Origin: Fastidiosibacter lacustris | GTDB lineage: Bacteria; Pseudomonadota; Gammaproteobacteria; Francisellales; Francisellaceae | DNA: 32,000 nt | Direction of reading: 5' to 3' | Assembly: GCF_003428155.1 (NCBI RefSeq) | Contig: NZ_QLIR01000002.1 | Span: 150,001-182,000 of the forward strand | In this document: one piece after another, positions 1 to 9,629 of the stretch | Layout of the letters: every line of letters starts with the position of its first letter | Numbering within the stretch: position 1 is the stretch's first letter | The notes under the pieces: model-generated | Told to the model about the DNA's origin: nothing | The model's input: only the letters and a program-made list of their open reading frames with translations | Database searches by the model: none | Made by a program: the position numbers and the translations under genes

Positions 1-972
1 TAAAAGCTTGGCTCTTAGCATGGGATCAATCGTAATATACTCCCTTAAGGCGACACGCTTGCCATTTTTGCAAGGTATGAGCGTTTGCCAAATAATGGCT
101 TGTGTGGTGCTAAAAAAGTCATAATAAATACGTGTTTTTGCTCCTTCATGGAAAAGCATCAGCAGTCGATTTATCGCCTGAGTTACCGACTGACTATGAA
201 GTGTACTAAAAACGCTATGGCCAGTAAGGGCTGCTTCAATCACAGCAGAAATTGTTTCATTATCTCTTGATTCCCCAACCATGATGGCTGTTGGCGTACG
301 TCTTAATGCGTTTCTAACTGCATAAGCAAAATCAGGTAAACATCTAGGCAGTTCAGATTGTGAAGTAATTGAGTTTCCAGTATGGATTGGTAGGATATAC
401 TCAATTGGTGCTTCAAATGTAAGAATTTTTTCTCCTACAATACTTTTTTGAGCTCTTAAGGCCAACATTGAAGCAAGCAAAGTAGATTTCCCCGATCCTG
501 TTGCACCACAAACTAAAACAATACCTTCTTTGATAAAACTTAAATTGATAAGTTCATTTGGTAATAATAGATTCTCAATAGGTGGTGGGGTTGTGGCTAA
601 TAATCGCATTGAAATTTGGATACCTAATTTTTCATATTGGCTTATTAAACTGGCATTTATCCTAAAACGCAGCGTTTGATTGCTATTTATCCGATGTGTG
701 TAACTAAAATCAAGATCGCTACCACTTAATACTTTAGCTACAGCGTTGCTGCCGTATAAAAGATTAATAAAGTCTTCCACTTCATTAGAGCTAAGACACC
801 TAGTGGTCAATTTTTTATGCTGTCCATATTGTAGTCCAAATATCGGGCTGTCTGTTTGCACTGTCAGGTCACTGATATTAATATCTGCTGCATGAGTTAA
901 CAGTGCATAGTAGTGCTCTTGCAAAAAATACGGTGGTTCATGTGTGAATAAAAGAGAAGTCACGCCAGTCAT
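1..972 (-). CDS. dotB: DotB-like type IVB secretion ATPase (PilT/GspE family), 3' end runs off window
   Basis: Absent from the ORF track because it is open to the window edge. Reverse-strand translation starts MTGVTSLLFTHEPPYFLQEHYYALLTHAADINISDLTVQTD, contains Walker A VCGATGSGKSTLLASML, and ends ...KRVALREYITIDPMLRAKLL at the edge. Adjacent to dotC/dotD. Confidence 0.93.
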   Translation of the reverse strand, partial: MTGVTSLLFTHEPPYFLQEHYYALLTHAADINISDLTVQTDSPIFGLQYGQHKKLTTRCLSSNEVEDFINLLYGSNAVAKVLSGSDLDFSYTHRINSNQTLRFRINASLISQYEKLGIQISMRLLATTPPPIENLLLPNELINLSFIKEGIVLVCGATGSGKSTLLASMLALRAQKSIVGEKILTFEAPIEYILPIHTGNSITSQSELPRCLPDFAYAVRNALRRTPTAIMVGESRDNETISAVIEAALTGHSVFSTLHSQSVTQAINRLLMLFHEGAKTRIYYDFFSTTQAIIWQTLIPCKNGKRVALREYITIDPMLRAKLL

Positions 973-983
973 AGTAAGCTCAT

Positions 984-1745
984 TTATTTTTTGTTATTAC
1001 TTATTACATCGTGTAGTGGATCAAGCATGACTTGCCATAGTTCAGTATTGCTTTGAAATTGTGGCTCAATTTTTAAATTGATTTCTTTATTATCAATAGC
1101 CAGATTATCAGAATCAGATATGATGGCTTTTGTTTCTTTAGTGATGTAAGGTGGAACAATCATGTTGCGGTTTATAAGTTCATAATACATAACCATGCCA
1201 CGAAAATCCCGGTTTAACTTATACACTTGCTGTTTAAAAATATCCACCGCTTGTTCGATACCGCTCTCCCAAGCATAGCGAATAACTGTTTTCCAAATCT
1301 TTTGTTCTTCCTCATTTTGTGGAAGTACGGAACGATCAGGTAATTCAGGTTGAGTAAAGTGGGTAATAAGGTAATCACGCCAAGTTGGGACAGTTGAGAC
1401 GAAATAAGCTTGCCTTGTAATATGATATGACTGACCATTTAAAGTTATTTTACGGTTATCAGTACCAACATTGGATTGATTATAACCTGTTTCAATAATA
1501 GGTGGTAAAATGTTGTCACTTAATAATAACGTATTAAAGTTATAGGTCTGATACAACATAGGTGCCAGTTTATCTAGACTTTTATTAATCATGTTTTGAC
1601 CAACATAGAGTCCACTTTGAATGCCTAACTCTAAAGCAGCTTCTTTAATTGCTTTTTGCCTTAAAGTGAGGTGAGTGCTATCGTATTTTACGATTGGAGC
1701 ATTTGTGTTCAAATTTTCTAGTTGGTGTAATTCGATTGCTATCAT
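984..1745 (-). CDS. dotC: DotC-like type IVB secretion protein
   Basis: RQKAIKEAALELGIQSGL, YNFNTLLLSDNILPPIIETG, PTWRDYLITHF and FRGMVMYYELINRNMIVPPYI match the DotC pattern; 4-bp overlap with dotD; next to dotB. Confidence 0.92.
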   Translation of the reverse strand: MIAIELHQLENLNTNAPIVKYDSTHLTLRQKAIKEAALELGIQSGLYVGQNMINKSLDKLAPMLYQTYNFNTLLLSDNILPPIIETGYNQSNVGTDNRKITLNGQSYHITRQAYFVSTVPTWRDYLITHFTQPELPDRSVLPQNEEEQKIWKTVIRYAWESGIEQAVDIFKQQVYKLNRDFRGMVMYYELINRNMIVPPYITKETKAIISDSDNLAIDNKEINLKIEPQFQSNTELWQVMLDPLHDVISNNKK

Positions 1746-2239
1746 GCTTGTAAATACCTGACACTGATGACTTTGGCTTCTGTATTAATACTTAAGCTTG
1801 CTTGTTTACCCGCTTGAACAGCGATATTCCTTAAAATATTAAGGGCAGTTTCTTGTATAGGGGCATTAAGTTGACCAATAATGATGACAATTGGAAAGGG
1901 TGGTGTTTTACCAAAGTATTGCACCTTATAATTTACCGCTAAGCCAATTTTAGTTAGCACATTTTCTAACGGACCATAATAAGTTAGTGAAAGTGTTTGC
2001 AACAGCTGAGCATCATTAACGTTAGTAAAAGGAATATTAGGGTTGCCATAGCGAATGGTGTTAGAACGATTGAGCTCATTAAGTGAGCTTTGAATTGACT
2101 CACTCGAGGTTTTAAGCTCATTAATTACCATATTGTTGATGTACTCAGGCTGGTATTTCTCTGGCGTGCTTGTGTCAACATGACTGCATGCGCTCAGTAG
2201 TACTATAGAAAGAGAAAGAATAAGTGATGTAGTTTTCAT
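1742..2239 (-). CDS. dotD: DotD-like outer-membrane lipoprotein of type IVB secretion system
   Basis: Lipobox MKTTSLILSLSIVLLSAC; secretin N0-like fold text (LLQTLSLTYYGPLENVLTKIGLAVNYKVQYFGKTPPFPIVI); position before dotC-dotB. Confidence 0.88.
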   Translation of the reverse strand: MKTTSLILSLSIVLLSACSHVDTSTPEKYQPEYINNMVINELKTSSESIQSSLNELNRSNTIRYGNPNIPFTNVNDAQLLQTLSLTYYGPLENVLTKIGLAVNYKVQYFGKTPPFPIVIIIGQLNAPIQETALNILRNIAVQAGKQASLSINTEAKVISVRYLQA

Positions 2240-2264
2240 AAGTTAGAACTCTGATAAAGTTAAA

Positions 2265-2681
2265 TTATTTGCTAAAAATATTTTCGTCTTGTACTTCAAA
2301 AGTTTTTGTTGCACCATCTTGTCCCATGTTTTTTGAGATCGTTCCTTGTAACATTTGAATAGCTGGTACAAGGCACATTAAGAATACACCAAGTACAAGG
2401 TGACCTGCGCCATGTTTAACATGTTCCCCTTGAGTGCCTTGAGTGGTGTGATGTTTTCTAAAGAGTTGTAATGCACTATATACAAACCACATACCAACCA
2501 CTGTAGCGACAATTTGAACGAACGTCTTTATTTGTTCAAAAAAAGTGACAATTCCTTGGGCCCACTCACCAAATTTATGGACAGTGCCAGAGGGAGTATC
2601 AGCATAACTAATAGCACAAGTAAGCGTTAATAAAAAAACACCAATTAAAAATTTTTTGATGCTAGGGATATTCATTTTCAT
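2265..2681 (-). CDS. IcmD/DotP-like small inner-membrane type IVB secretion protein
   Basis: 138 aa with signal sequence (MKMNIPSIKKFLIGVFLLTLTCAISYA) and two TM segments (FVQIVATVVGMWFVYSAL; HLVLGVFLMCLVPAIQML), directly after an IcmC-like gene as in Legionella icmC-icmD. Confidence 0.62.
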   Translation of the reverse strand: MKMNIPSIKKFLIGVFLLTLTCAISYADTPSGTVHKFGEWAQGIVTFFEQIKTFVQIVATVVGMWFVYSALQLFRKHHTTQGTQGEHVKHGAGHLVLGVFLMCLVPAIQMLQGTISKNMGQDGATKTFEVQDENIFSK

Positions 2682-2765
2682 ATTTATTCTCCATTTCTTG
2701 GTTTGGGTTTAAGGGTTTTGATTTTTATCTATATCACAGTGAGTAAAAAGTATTTTTTATGGTCT

Positions 2766-3350
2766 TTACCCAGTCATATATTGTTTAAAGTCATATATAT
2801 TATTTAAAATTGTCATACAATAAGCCGCATTCATGCCTACAACCCCCGCAATAAGATGACTTACAACTTGTCCAATTCCACCCTCATGTTGCCCTTCTGA
2901 TACTTTAATTAGTAAAAAAACGCCGCGAATGAGTGAAATAAATCCCACGATTGCAAGTAGTGAAAACACTAAATATTGCTGGGCAATATTAATATCTTTA
3001 GACTTCTCTGCCCCATCTGCATAAGCGCTGATCGTATTAATTGGATTAAGTGACGTATCTTGAAACAATGCAGTACTTACCATTTCTAGAAAGCCTGTCA
3101 TTGACAATAACATAACCCCTGAGAAAAGCATCAATATGGTGGTTGATGGTGCGTAATAGCGAAACATCTGCTGAGTTTTACCATGTTTTGATAAGCGAAT
3201 AATGGCAATAAATAAGAGGCAAAAGCCTATGATTGTGCCAATGACGCGTATTAAATCAAACACGGTGAAGTCTGTGGTATTTTCAGTACCAATCAGCATT
3301 TTAAGTATTCCAACGATATAGTCGATGGCTTCGGTATTATTCTTATCCAT
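2766..3350 (-). CDS. IcmC/DotE-like inner-membrane type IVB secretion protein
   Basis: 194 aa, about four TM segments (VIGTIIGFCLLFIAIIRL; ILMLFSGVMLLSMTGF; YLVFSLLAIVGFISLIRGVFLL; HLIAGVVGMNAAYCMTIL), first gene of the dot/icm block. Confidence 0.65.
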   Translation of the reverse strand: MDKNNTEAIDYIVGILKMLIGTENTTDFTVFDLIRVIGTIIGFCLLFIAIIRLSKHGKTQQMFRYYAPSTTILMLFSGVMLLSMTGFLEMVSTALFQDTSLNPINTISAYADGAEKSKDINIAQQYLVFSLLAIVGFISLIRGVFLLIKVSEGQHEGGIGQVVSHLIAGVVGMNAAYCMTILNNIYDFKQYMTG

Positions 3351-3729
3351 GGATTTTCAGCGTTTTACAAGTTGTTTTCGATTGTTTGGCATTTTTTTCT
3401 AAAAGCAGTTACTCATCAATAGGTTTGAAATAACTTCATCATTTTGTCTTAAACTTTAATGTAATTTTCTAACTTTCGAAAAATGAATAAAAATAGATAA
3501 AGTGTGATCTTTTAAATATTGATTGGTTATCATAATTATGCGTAGTTTTACGCTATTTTTTTTACACTGATCATGTATTATACGCATCTAGTGCAATATT
3601 CTTTAAATGAATTTTGATTGCTAATTAAGTATGACACTTGTTAATTTCTGGTTAGTACATTATTAATTTAATATCACTAAGCATTTAAAGAAGACAGCAC
3701 TAATTGAAAATGGGACGTGTTTAAATATT

Positions 3730-4353
3730 ATGGTCATTATGGGGTTAATTATGACGCAATATCAATTTGCCTTTTTTGAAAAGGATAAGTCTGGAAAATT
3801 AGTTAACATTAATAAACAATATTTAAGCTATCTTGGAATACAAGATGAAATCGAGCTTCAAGGTAAGAATGAAGTGGATATAGCAGAGTTAAAACCATTT
3901 CATAAAATGTATTCAACTGGAGAACAAGAAGCACGTTTGCTCAAAGGTGTATCGATACAAAAGGAATTATTTTATTTTGATGGAAAAGGTCCTGAGTCAA
4001 TTATTACTACGCGCACATATATTAATTCAGATAAAGTTGAAATCAGGGGGTTCTTTTTTAAAATAGCGAAAGTACCTGTAACTTGGGATGGTAAGAATCT
4101 AACGATATGGAATTACTTCAAACCTGTTAAATTACCTTTGCTTAAGTTTTACGTACTGACATTAAAATGTCGAGGTCATAATAACCTTGAAATTGCTAAT
4201 CGTATTTTTCGTGCAGAATCTACCGTTAGAAATATCGTTCAGGATTTATATTGTGCATTTGAAGTCTACGACTTTGTGACCTTAACACGTTATTATGACT
4301 TAGGAGAATGGTTAAATAAACTGACCATACAGCTATTGAGTGAATCTTTTTAG
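3730..4353 (+). CDS. PAS-like / LuxR-type helix-turn-helix transcriptional regulator
   Basis: N-terminal PAS-like text (FFEKDKSGKLVNINKQYLSYLGI...) and C-terminal LKFYVLTLKCRGHNNLEIANRIFRAESTVRNIVQDLYCAF, an LuxR-type HTH pattern. Confidence 0.75.
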   Translation: MVIMGLIMTQYQFAFFEKDKSGKLVNINKQYLSYLGIQDEIELQGKNEVDIAELKPFHKMYSTGEQEARLLKGVSIQKELFYFDGKGPESIITTRTYINSDKVEIRGFFFKIAKVPVTWDGKNLTIWNYFKPVKLPLLKFYVLTLKCRGHNNLEIANRIFRAESTVRNIVQDLYCAFEVYDFVTLTRYYDLGEWLNKLTIQLLSESF

Positions 4354-4572
4354 CGCAATAATCAGTTAATCTCACCATGAACTCCTTGACACTTAATAAC
4401 ACCCTAAAATAGTGCAACTTGTATAGAGCAATTTCGCTCTCCCCACTACAATTAAACTTAACTCTTGATATAAGAGTATTATCGCAAGCAGATTGTTAAA
4501 AGTCCCTTCTTTGTATATATAAAATGAAAAAATACGTTTCATTTTATTATTTTTGATAACTTGGGTGTAGTG

Positions 4573-5322
4573 TTAGAAAGATATAGTATGATTTGTGTCA
4601 CTACACTGAATGGGTGCGTTAAACAGATAGCCTTTTCCGTGTATGGTTTTAATTATTTTAGGGTTCTGTGGATCAGTTTCTAGTTTTTTTCTAATACGCA
4701 TGATCATGATATCAATATTCCGATCATACCCATTGTATTCACGTCCATATAAAGATTGAATCAAGTCATTTCTAGATAAAGTTTGTCCATCGTTTTCAAC
4801 AAGTAGGTGCAATAGTTCAAATTCTTTTGTTGTTAATTCAACAGATACACCATGATCGTTAATTAATGTTCGCTCTCTAAGATCAAAACACCAGTTGTTA
4901 AAGTAAATATAATTAGCATTGTGAAATTCTTGGTGCTCCATTGAATTGCTATTTTTAGTTGTTCTACGAAGTACAGCTTTTATAGTGGCAAGTAGGACTT
5001 TTGGATTAAAGGGTTTTGTTATGTAGTGATCTGCACCTACCTCATAAGCAAGCACACGATCAATATCGTCGTCGGATGCTGTTAGCATAATAGTTGGAAT
5101 AGGGTGTTGGCTATGTATTCTCCTACAAAAATCGATACCATTTTCTATGGGTAGATTAATATCCAGTAGCATCAGGTTAGGCTTTTGTAAGTTAATTTGC
5201 TCTTGGGCCTCGTTGACGCTTCCCACTGTGATTGCTTTGTAGTTATTTTTTGTTAATGTATCGGATAATAATTTTCTTACGTCATTATCATCGTCAACAA
5301 TTAAAATTGTAGCTTGTAACAT
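4573..5322 (-). CDS. OmpR/PhoB-family response regulator
   Basis: Receiver: ILIVDDDNDVRKLL, LMLLDINLP, PTIMLTASDDD, ADHYITKPFNP; winged helix: ELTTKEFELLHLLVENDGQTLSRNDLIQSLYG...IDIMIMRIRKKLE. Confidence 0.96.
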   Translation of the reverse strand: MLQATILIVDDDNDVRKLLSDTLTKNNYKAITVGSVNEAQEQINLQKPNLMLLDINLPIENGIDFCRRIHSQHPIPTIMLTASDDDIDRVLAYEVGADHYITKPFNPKVLLATIKAVLRRTTKNSNSMEHQEFHNANYIYFNNWCFDLRERTLINDHGVSVELTTKEFELLHLLVENDGQTLSRNDLIQSLYGREYNGYDRNIDIMIMRIRKKLETDPQNPKIIKTIHGKGYLFNAPIQCSDTNHTISF

Positions 5323-5417
5323 TGTTGTCTTCTCTTAACTATATACAAAAATCATAATTTGAAGATACTTTATACCTTAAAGCCTCTTTGTTCAAGTGAG
5401 TTATTTTGATATTTTGA

Positions 5418-6713
5418 CTAGGGCATTTGAAACGCAACTTTAACAGTTAATCCATTTGCATTTTCATTATTGTATATCATTAATTCAGCATTGTTATGCG
5501 TCAGTATTTCTTTAACAATAGCTAATCCAAGACCAGATCCTGGTATATTATGACTACGGGCACTGTCAACACGATAAAAAGGATCACATATTTTAGTCAA
5601 GTGTGCATTTGCAATACCTGGACCTGAATCAGTAAACAATAAATATAATTGTTGGTTACTTTCTTCAATGTGAACCATAACGCTACCTGCATATTTTATC
5701 GCATTATCAATTAAATTTTGCACAACACGCTTTAGTGCCTTATGTCGAAAGATGACGATTGCTTTTTGTAAAGTCGTTGAAAAGCTCACTGCAAAACCGT
5801 TAATTTGGTATTCATGACACACTGATTCAGCAAAATCAATCAGGTCAATTTTCTGACGCTTTTCTTTAAAATAGGTTTTCTTTGCATAAACACTAATTTG
5901 AGCGAGTAAATATTCCATATCATCATAATATTTAATTAGTTCATCGTGGTATTTTGTTGGGATATTATTGTACATATAAAGCTTAGCTTTAGTAATAGGT
6001 GTTTTAAGATCATGTGATATAGCTTGTATTGTATACATTTTCTCATCAATTAAGGTATTGAGTTTACTACACGTTTTTTCCATTAAATCAGCTAGATTCT
6101 TGAAGTTAAATGGTTTAGTGACAGTGGAGCCACTGGTTAAATTCAATTTATCTGCCAAGGCTTGCATGCGTAAAAATGGTTGGACCAATTTTTGTTTATA
6201 GACAAAGTGGATTGGGATAAGCAAAAGCATGAATATTAAAAAAAGCAAAAGCAAAAAATAAAGATAATAAAGATTGGGAAGCTCAATTTTAAAATTTGCA
6301 CATTGTTTAAGGTCAACATAGCAAATAGAAACATCTTTTGAGTGAAAAAAAGGAAGGCTCCCAAGCTCAGTTTCAATTTGTTTTCTTATGTCCGTATATA
6401 AAAAATAACTATTTTTTTGATACTTCGTAGGAATATCTAACCCAATTACTGGATAAAACGTTGGTTTATCGCTAAAAAAATACGAAATGTAGCGTGGAAC
6501 ACGATGTATATTTGCTTGATCAGAACTTTCTAGTGCATTGTTGTGACGTAAATAGACTTGAAATATTGTATTTGTTAATGAATGCAGCGTTTTATGATAC
6601 TGGCTATCACGGTATTGTTGGTAGGAAAGAATAATGAAAATAAGGTTTAGTGTCATAAAGATAAGGAATAAAACGGGGAAGAACCAATAACTAAGATGTT
6701 TTTTAATATTCAC
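5418..6713 (-). CDS. Membrane sensor histidine kinase (partner of 4573-5322)
   Basis: Two TM segments, H-box ISHDLKTPITKAKLYM, N-box NLIDNAIKYA, G-boxes DSGPGI and GSGLGLAIVKEI. Confidence 0.96.
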   Translation of the reverse strand: MNIKKHLSYWFFPVLFLIFMTLNLIFIILSYQQYRDSQYHKTLHSLTNTIFQVYLRHNNALESSDQANIHRVPRYISYFFSDKPTFYPVIGLDIPTKYQKNSYFLYTDIRKQIETELGSLPFFHSKDVSICYVDLKQCANFKIELPNLYYLYFLLLLFLIFMLLLIPIHFVYKQKLVQPFLRMQALADKLNLTSGSTVTKPFNFKNLADLMEKTCSKLNTLIDEKMYTIQAISHDLKTPITKAKLYMYNNIPTKYHDELIKYYDDMEYLLAQISVYAKKTYFKEKRQKIDLIDFAESVCHEYQINGFAVSFSTTLQKAIVIFRHKALKRVVQNLIDNAIKYAGSVMVHIEESNQQLYLLFTDSGPGIANAHLTKICDPFYRVDSARSHNIPGSGLGLAIVKEILTHNNAELMIYNNENANGLTVKVAFQMP

Positions 6714-7045
6714 TTTGTTTCCTCTTTATCAAAGTCAAATGCTATAAGATTCTCTATGGTAGAAAATCTACTTCTCTTTTTCCTTCCCTGTCAATTCATA
6801 GTGTCGATAAAATAGTTAAGTGTAAGTTTATCTAATAGGCTTATCACGAATCATTTTACAGAGTTTTTGTCTTTGAATTTGATGGTGAGGTTCTTTTGTT
6901 TTTTTACCTTTCAGCGTAGATCACTCATACGCTTAACACCACTTCCCCACCTCTTTAAAAATTGTATTCACAAATAAACTAAGATAGCAAGTGTGTCAGT
7001 TGATTTATTTGTAAATACATATTGATTTCTGGGATGATTTATTAT

Positions 7046-7075
7046 CTATGTATACAAATTCATTTGCATACATAG
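7046..7075 (-). terminator. Stem-loop downstream of the 7094-8188 gene; possible terminator
   Basis: ctatgtatacaaa-ttca-tttgcatacatag: 12 of 13 positions pair, 4-nt loop, 18 nt past the stop codon on the minus strand. No strong U-tract. Confidence 0.45.
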
Positions 7076-7093
7076 AACCTATTGATACGATTT

Positions 7094-8188
7094 CTAATGA
7101 ATATGTGAGTTAAGTTGTACTGCAATCTGATTCAAAATAGCCCAATATCCTTGTTCAGGTGTCACAGCGAAGTGTTTAGCTGTAGCTTGTGCAAAAGAGA
7201 CGATCATTTTTGCAAAGGCATTTTTATCGCTGGCTTGTGCTATAGCTTCATAATTACTTATCGCTGTCAAATCTGTTTTCATTATAAACATCAATGCTTG
7301 ATAACTGTCGGTTAGTCCTGTTTTATTCTCGGCATTGTGGACAAAATCAATAACGCTTTGTGGTAGTTTTAATGTAAATATTGTTACACCAAAAACTTTG
7401 ATTGGCACGTTAATATTCAATGCCGATTCTAAGCCATTATTAACATCGACAACAGCTTGAGTGACCCCCGAAACAGTCGCATTTTGGCGCAACAAAGCTA
7501 CGTTTGACTTTAAAATTTCAGGGGTGATGTTATAGACGTCATCAATTGCACCTTGCTTGATTTTGACATAAGCATTTTGTGCATCAATCTGAAGCTGATA
7601 GGCCATAGTATTGATTTGTACATAGCTATCCTTGGCATGGTCCATGCCTTGTTTTTGGATGTTTGCCAAACCATAAATCATCATGTAATTTACAAAATGA
7701 TTAAAATCTTGTGCTTGCTCGCTACTGTTTTCGTTTTTCCAGAATGCAACGCGTGCCTGCCATGCTTTATCAAAGGCGCTCTTATAATTTACTAGATGCT
7801 GATCCATAATAGGAAGTATATTGATGTTTTGAAGTGCATTATAGAGTTCTTTGGCTGCATCTTTAGTTTGCTTACTGGCTTCTGTTACATTGACATCTTT
7901 ATTGTAAATCGGATATTCCTTAATAATTAAATCGGCAAAAGATATACCTTTAGTGATGGTATTGATATAAGATTTGCTCTTTGCTGCATTATAAAATGCA
8001 TTCAATTGTTTAATACTCTCAGGATTACCAGATAAACTCTCTGCTGAGAAGTTTTGTAAAGATTCGCTAATAATATTTTTGTCAATCGGTGTTTCTTGTG
8101 ATTGAGCATAATTTGCATAAGATACATTCGCTGTGATAACGGCTATAGATAAAGGTGCTATGAACAGTTGAAGCTTCTTAAAATTCAT
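7094..8188 (-). CDS. Hypothetical exported, mostly helical protein
   Basis: N-terminal signal-like sequence MNFKKLQLFIAPLSIAVITANVSYANYAQS; no family recognised. Confidence 0.75.
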   Translation of the reverse strand: MNFKKLQLFIAPLSIAVITANVSYANYAQSQETPIDKNIISESLQNFSAESLSGNPESIKQLNAFYNAAKSKSYINTITKGISFADLIIKEYPIYNKDVNVTEASKQTKDAAKELYNALQNINILPIMDQHLVNYKSAFDKAWQARVAFWKNENSSEQAQDFNHFVNYMMIYGLANIQKQGMDHAKDSYVQINTMAYQLQIDAQNAYVKIKQGAIDDVYNITPEILKSNVALLRQNATVSGVTQAVVDVNNGLESALNINVPIKVFGVTIFTLKLPQSVIDFVHNAENKTGLTDSYQALMFIMKTDLTAISNYEAIAQASDKNAFAKMIVSFAQATAKHFAVTPEQGYWAILNQIAVQLNSHIH

Positions 8189-8420
8189 TTATTTATTTCT
8201 CCTTTTATTGATTACATATTGATGTGCACACTATTTCTTGTGAGCGCTGCTGATTCTAATCGCCTTAAAATGAAACGTTTATGAATTCATATCAAAAACG
8301 GACAAACTGTCTTTAATTACAAAAGGTATTTTCAAAAAGTAGAAAATTGGGAGGAGTGTAAATTCATTTCTTACAATTCATAGGTCTATAGAGAGAATAT
8401 GAATAAAATAATAATACTTT

Positions 8421-9629
8421 TCAGCTATTTGGTGTGACGTAGGTTGTGTTGTTAATATTTAAAGGAACATTGAAAATAGTAGTTGGATAAGGTTTCTGTG
8501 TTGTTTTGTGAGATGTGAGTTCAGTATTTGCATTTAAAAATCGATTTTTTTGATAAAGGTTGTAGAGACTTCCAAAAATCACCATCGCTGAACAGAAAAT
8601 GGTAGTGGCAAGTCCAAAAGTGGCCATATTAGCACCAATGCAAAATAAAACAACTGCCAAGATACCCAGTGCAAGCGTTGTGATGGTATAAAAGTTCAGT
8701 GGCTTTTCTAAGCGATAATATAGTTCACGCTTTCTGACTTGACTTTTGCATAGACCCAATGCAAGCGTTGCCTCATGATGTTCATTTGATTTATTTGCGT
8801 CAGGATGAGTAAGAAGGTTGTTTTCAAGTGTTTGTAAAGATTGCATAAAGTTCTTATAGCTTACTTCGCTATTTTGACCTTGCTCGATTTTATTGCACCA
8901 GTTTTGATAATTTGTGGTGGTTTGTTGTATGATTTCAGATGGAACAAACATTGACAATTTTTCTACACACAAACGTTCATGGATTAAATAATCAATACGA
9001 GCATCACATAATTTAGCAGTGCGCTGACTAAGTGCCCATGAAATGACCAAAGCAATCACTCCACCTACTCCTGCTGCAAGTTGGCTCGCAAGGCTTAATG
9101 CGCTACAAGTGCTTACCAATAAAGCACTCAGCATAATGCTATTACAGATCATAAGCTGTGATGAGCAAGAAAGATTGACATTTCTTGCCCAAGTATCCTG
9201 TTTTTGATCAGCATATATAGCCATAGTTGTAATGATAAGTGTGTCAAATAATTGCCAAGCTAGCCCAATAAATGGTAACTGCATAGTTAGTGGTTTTACA
9301 GTAAGGGCGATCAATTCATAAAGGTTACGAAATAAATTTAGCCAATCAACACAATATATATAAGTGTGAACAATTTTTTCAGTCACGGTTGGTAAACCTT
9401 GTTGAAAAAGATAGTCAAGTTTTTTCAATATCAGTAGGTCAGCTGGATGATCAGAATGAAATTTCGCACGTAGGAAAGCTTTAAATTCTGGAGATACATT
9501 ATGAAGGTTTTCTAATTCTAGCAGGGCGCGTTCCCAATGTAGATTTGTTGATCCTTGGTAAGAAAAAGGCCAGAAATCCAGTGTCGGTTTTCGTCGATAT
9601 TTAACTTCGTTGTTTGTGAAAATTGGCAT
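8421..9629 (-). CDS. Hypothetical multi-TM protein
   Basis: 402-aa ORF with hydrophobic pairs (LMICNSIMLSALLVSTCSALSLASQLAAGVGGVIALVISWAL; FYTITTLALGILAVVLFCIGANMATFGLATTIFCSAMVIFGSLY) and long hydrophilic tails; no family recognised. Confidence 0.75.
   Translation of the reverse strand: MPIFTNNEVKYRRKPTLDFWPFSYQGSTNLHWERALLELENLHNVSPEFKAFLRAKFHSDHPADLLILKKLDYLFQQGLPTVTEKIVHTYIYCVDWLNLFRNLYELIALTVKPLTMQLPFIGLAWQLFDTLIITTMAIYADQKQDTWARNVNLSCSSQLMICNSIMLSALLVSTCSALSLASQLAAGVGGVIALVISWALSQRTAKLCDARIDYLIHERLCVEKLSMFVPSEIIQQTTTNYQNWCNKIEQGQNSEVSYKNFMQSLQTLENNLLTHPDANKSNEHHEATLALGLCKSQVRKRELYYRLEKPLNFYTITTLALGILAVVLFCIGANMATFGLATTIFCSAMVIFGSLYNLYQKNRFLNANTELTSHKTTQKPYPTTIFNVPLNINNTTYVTPNS

Noticed and set aside
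85-270. Plus-strand 61-aa ORF
   Set aside because: Antisense to the well-supported dotB reading frame; no domain or RBS evidence.
1214-1438. 74-aa ORF in a second frame
   Set aside because: Lies inside dotC on the same strand in a different frame; spurious.
4226-4417. 63-aa minus-strand ORF
   Set aside because: Antisense to the LuxR-type regulator 3' end.
7115-7795. Plus-strand ORFs 7115-7315 and 7553-7795
   Set aside because: Antisense to the exported protein gene; Cys-rich random-looking sequences.
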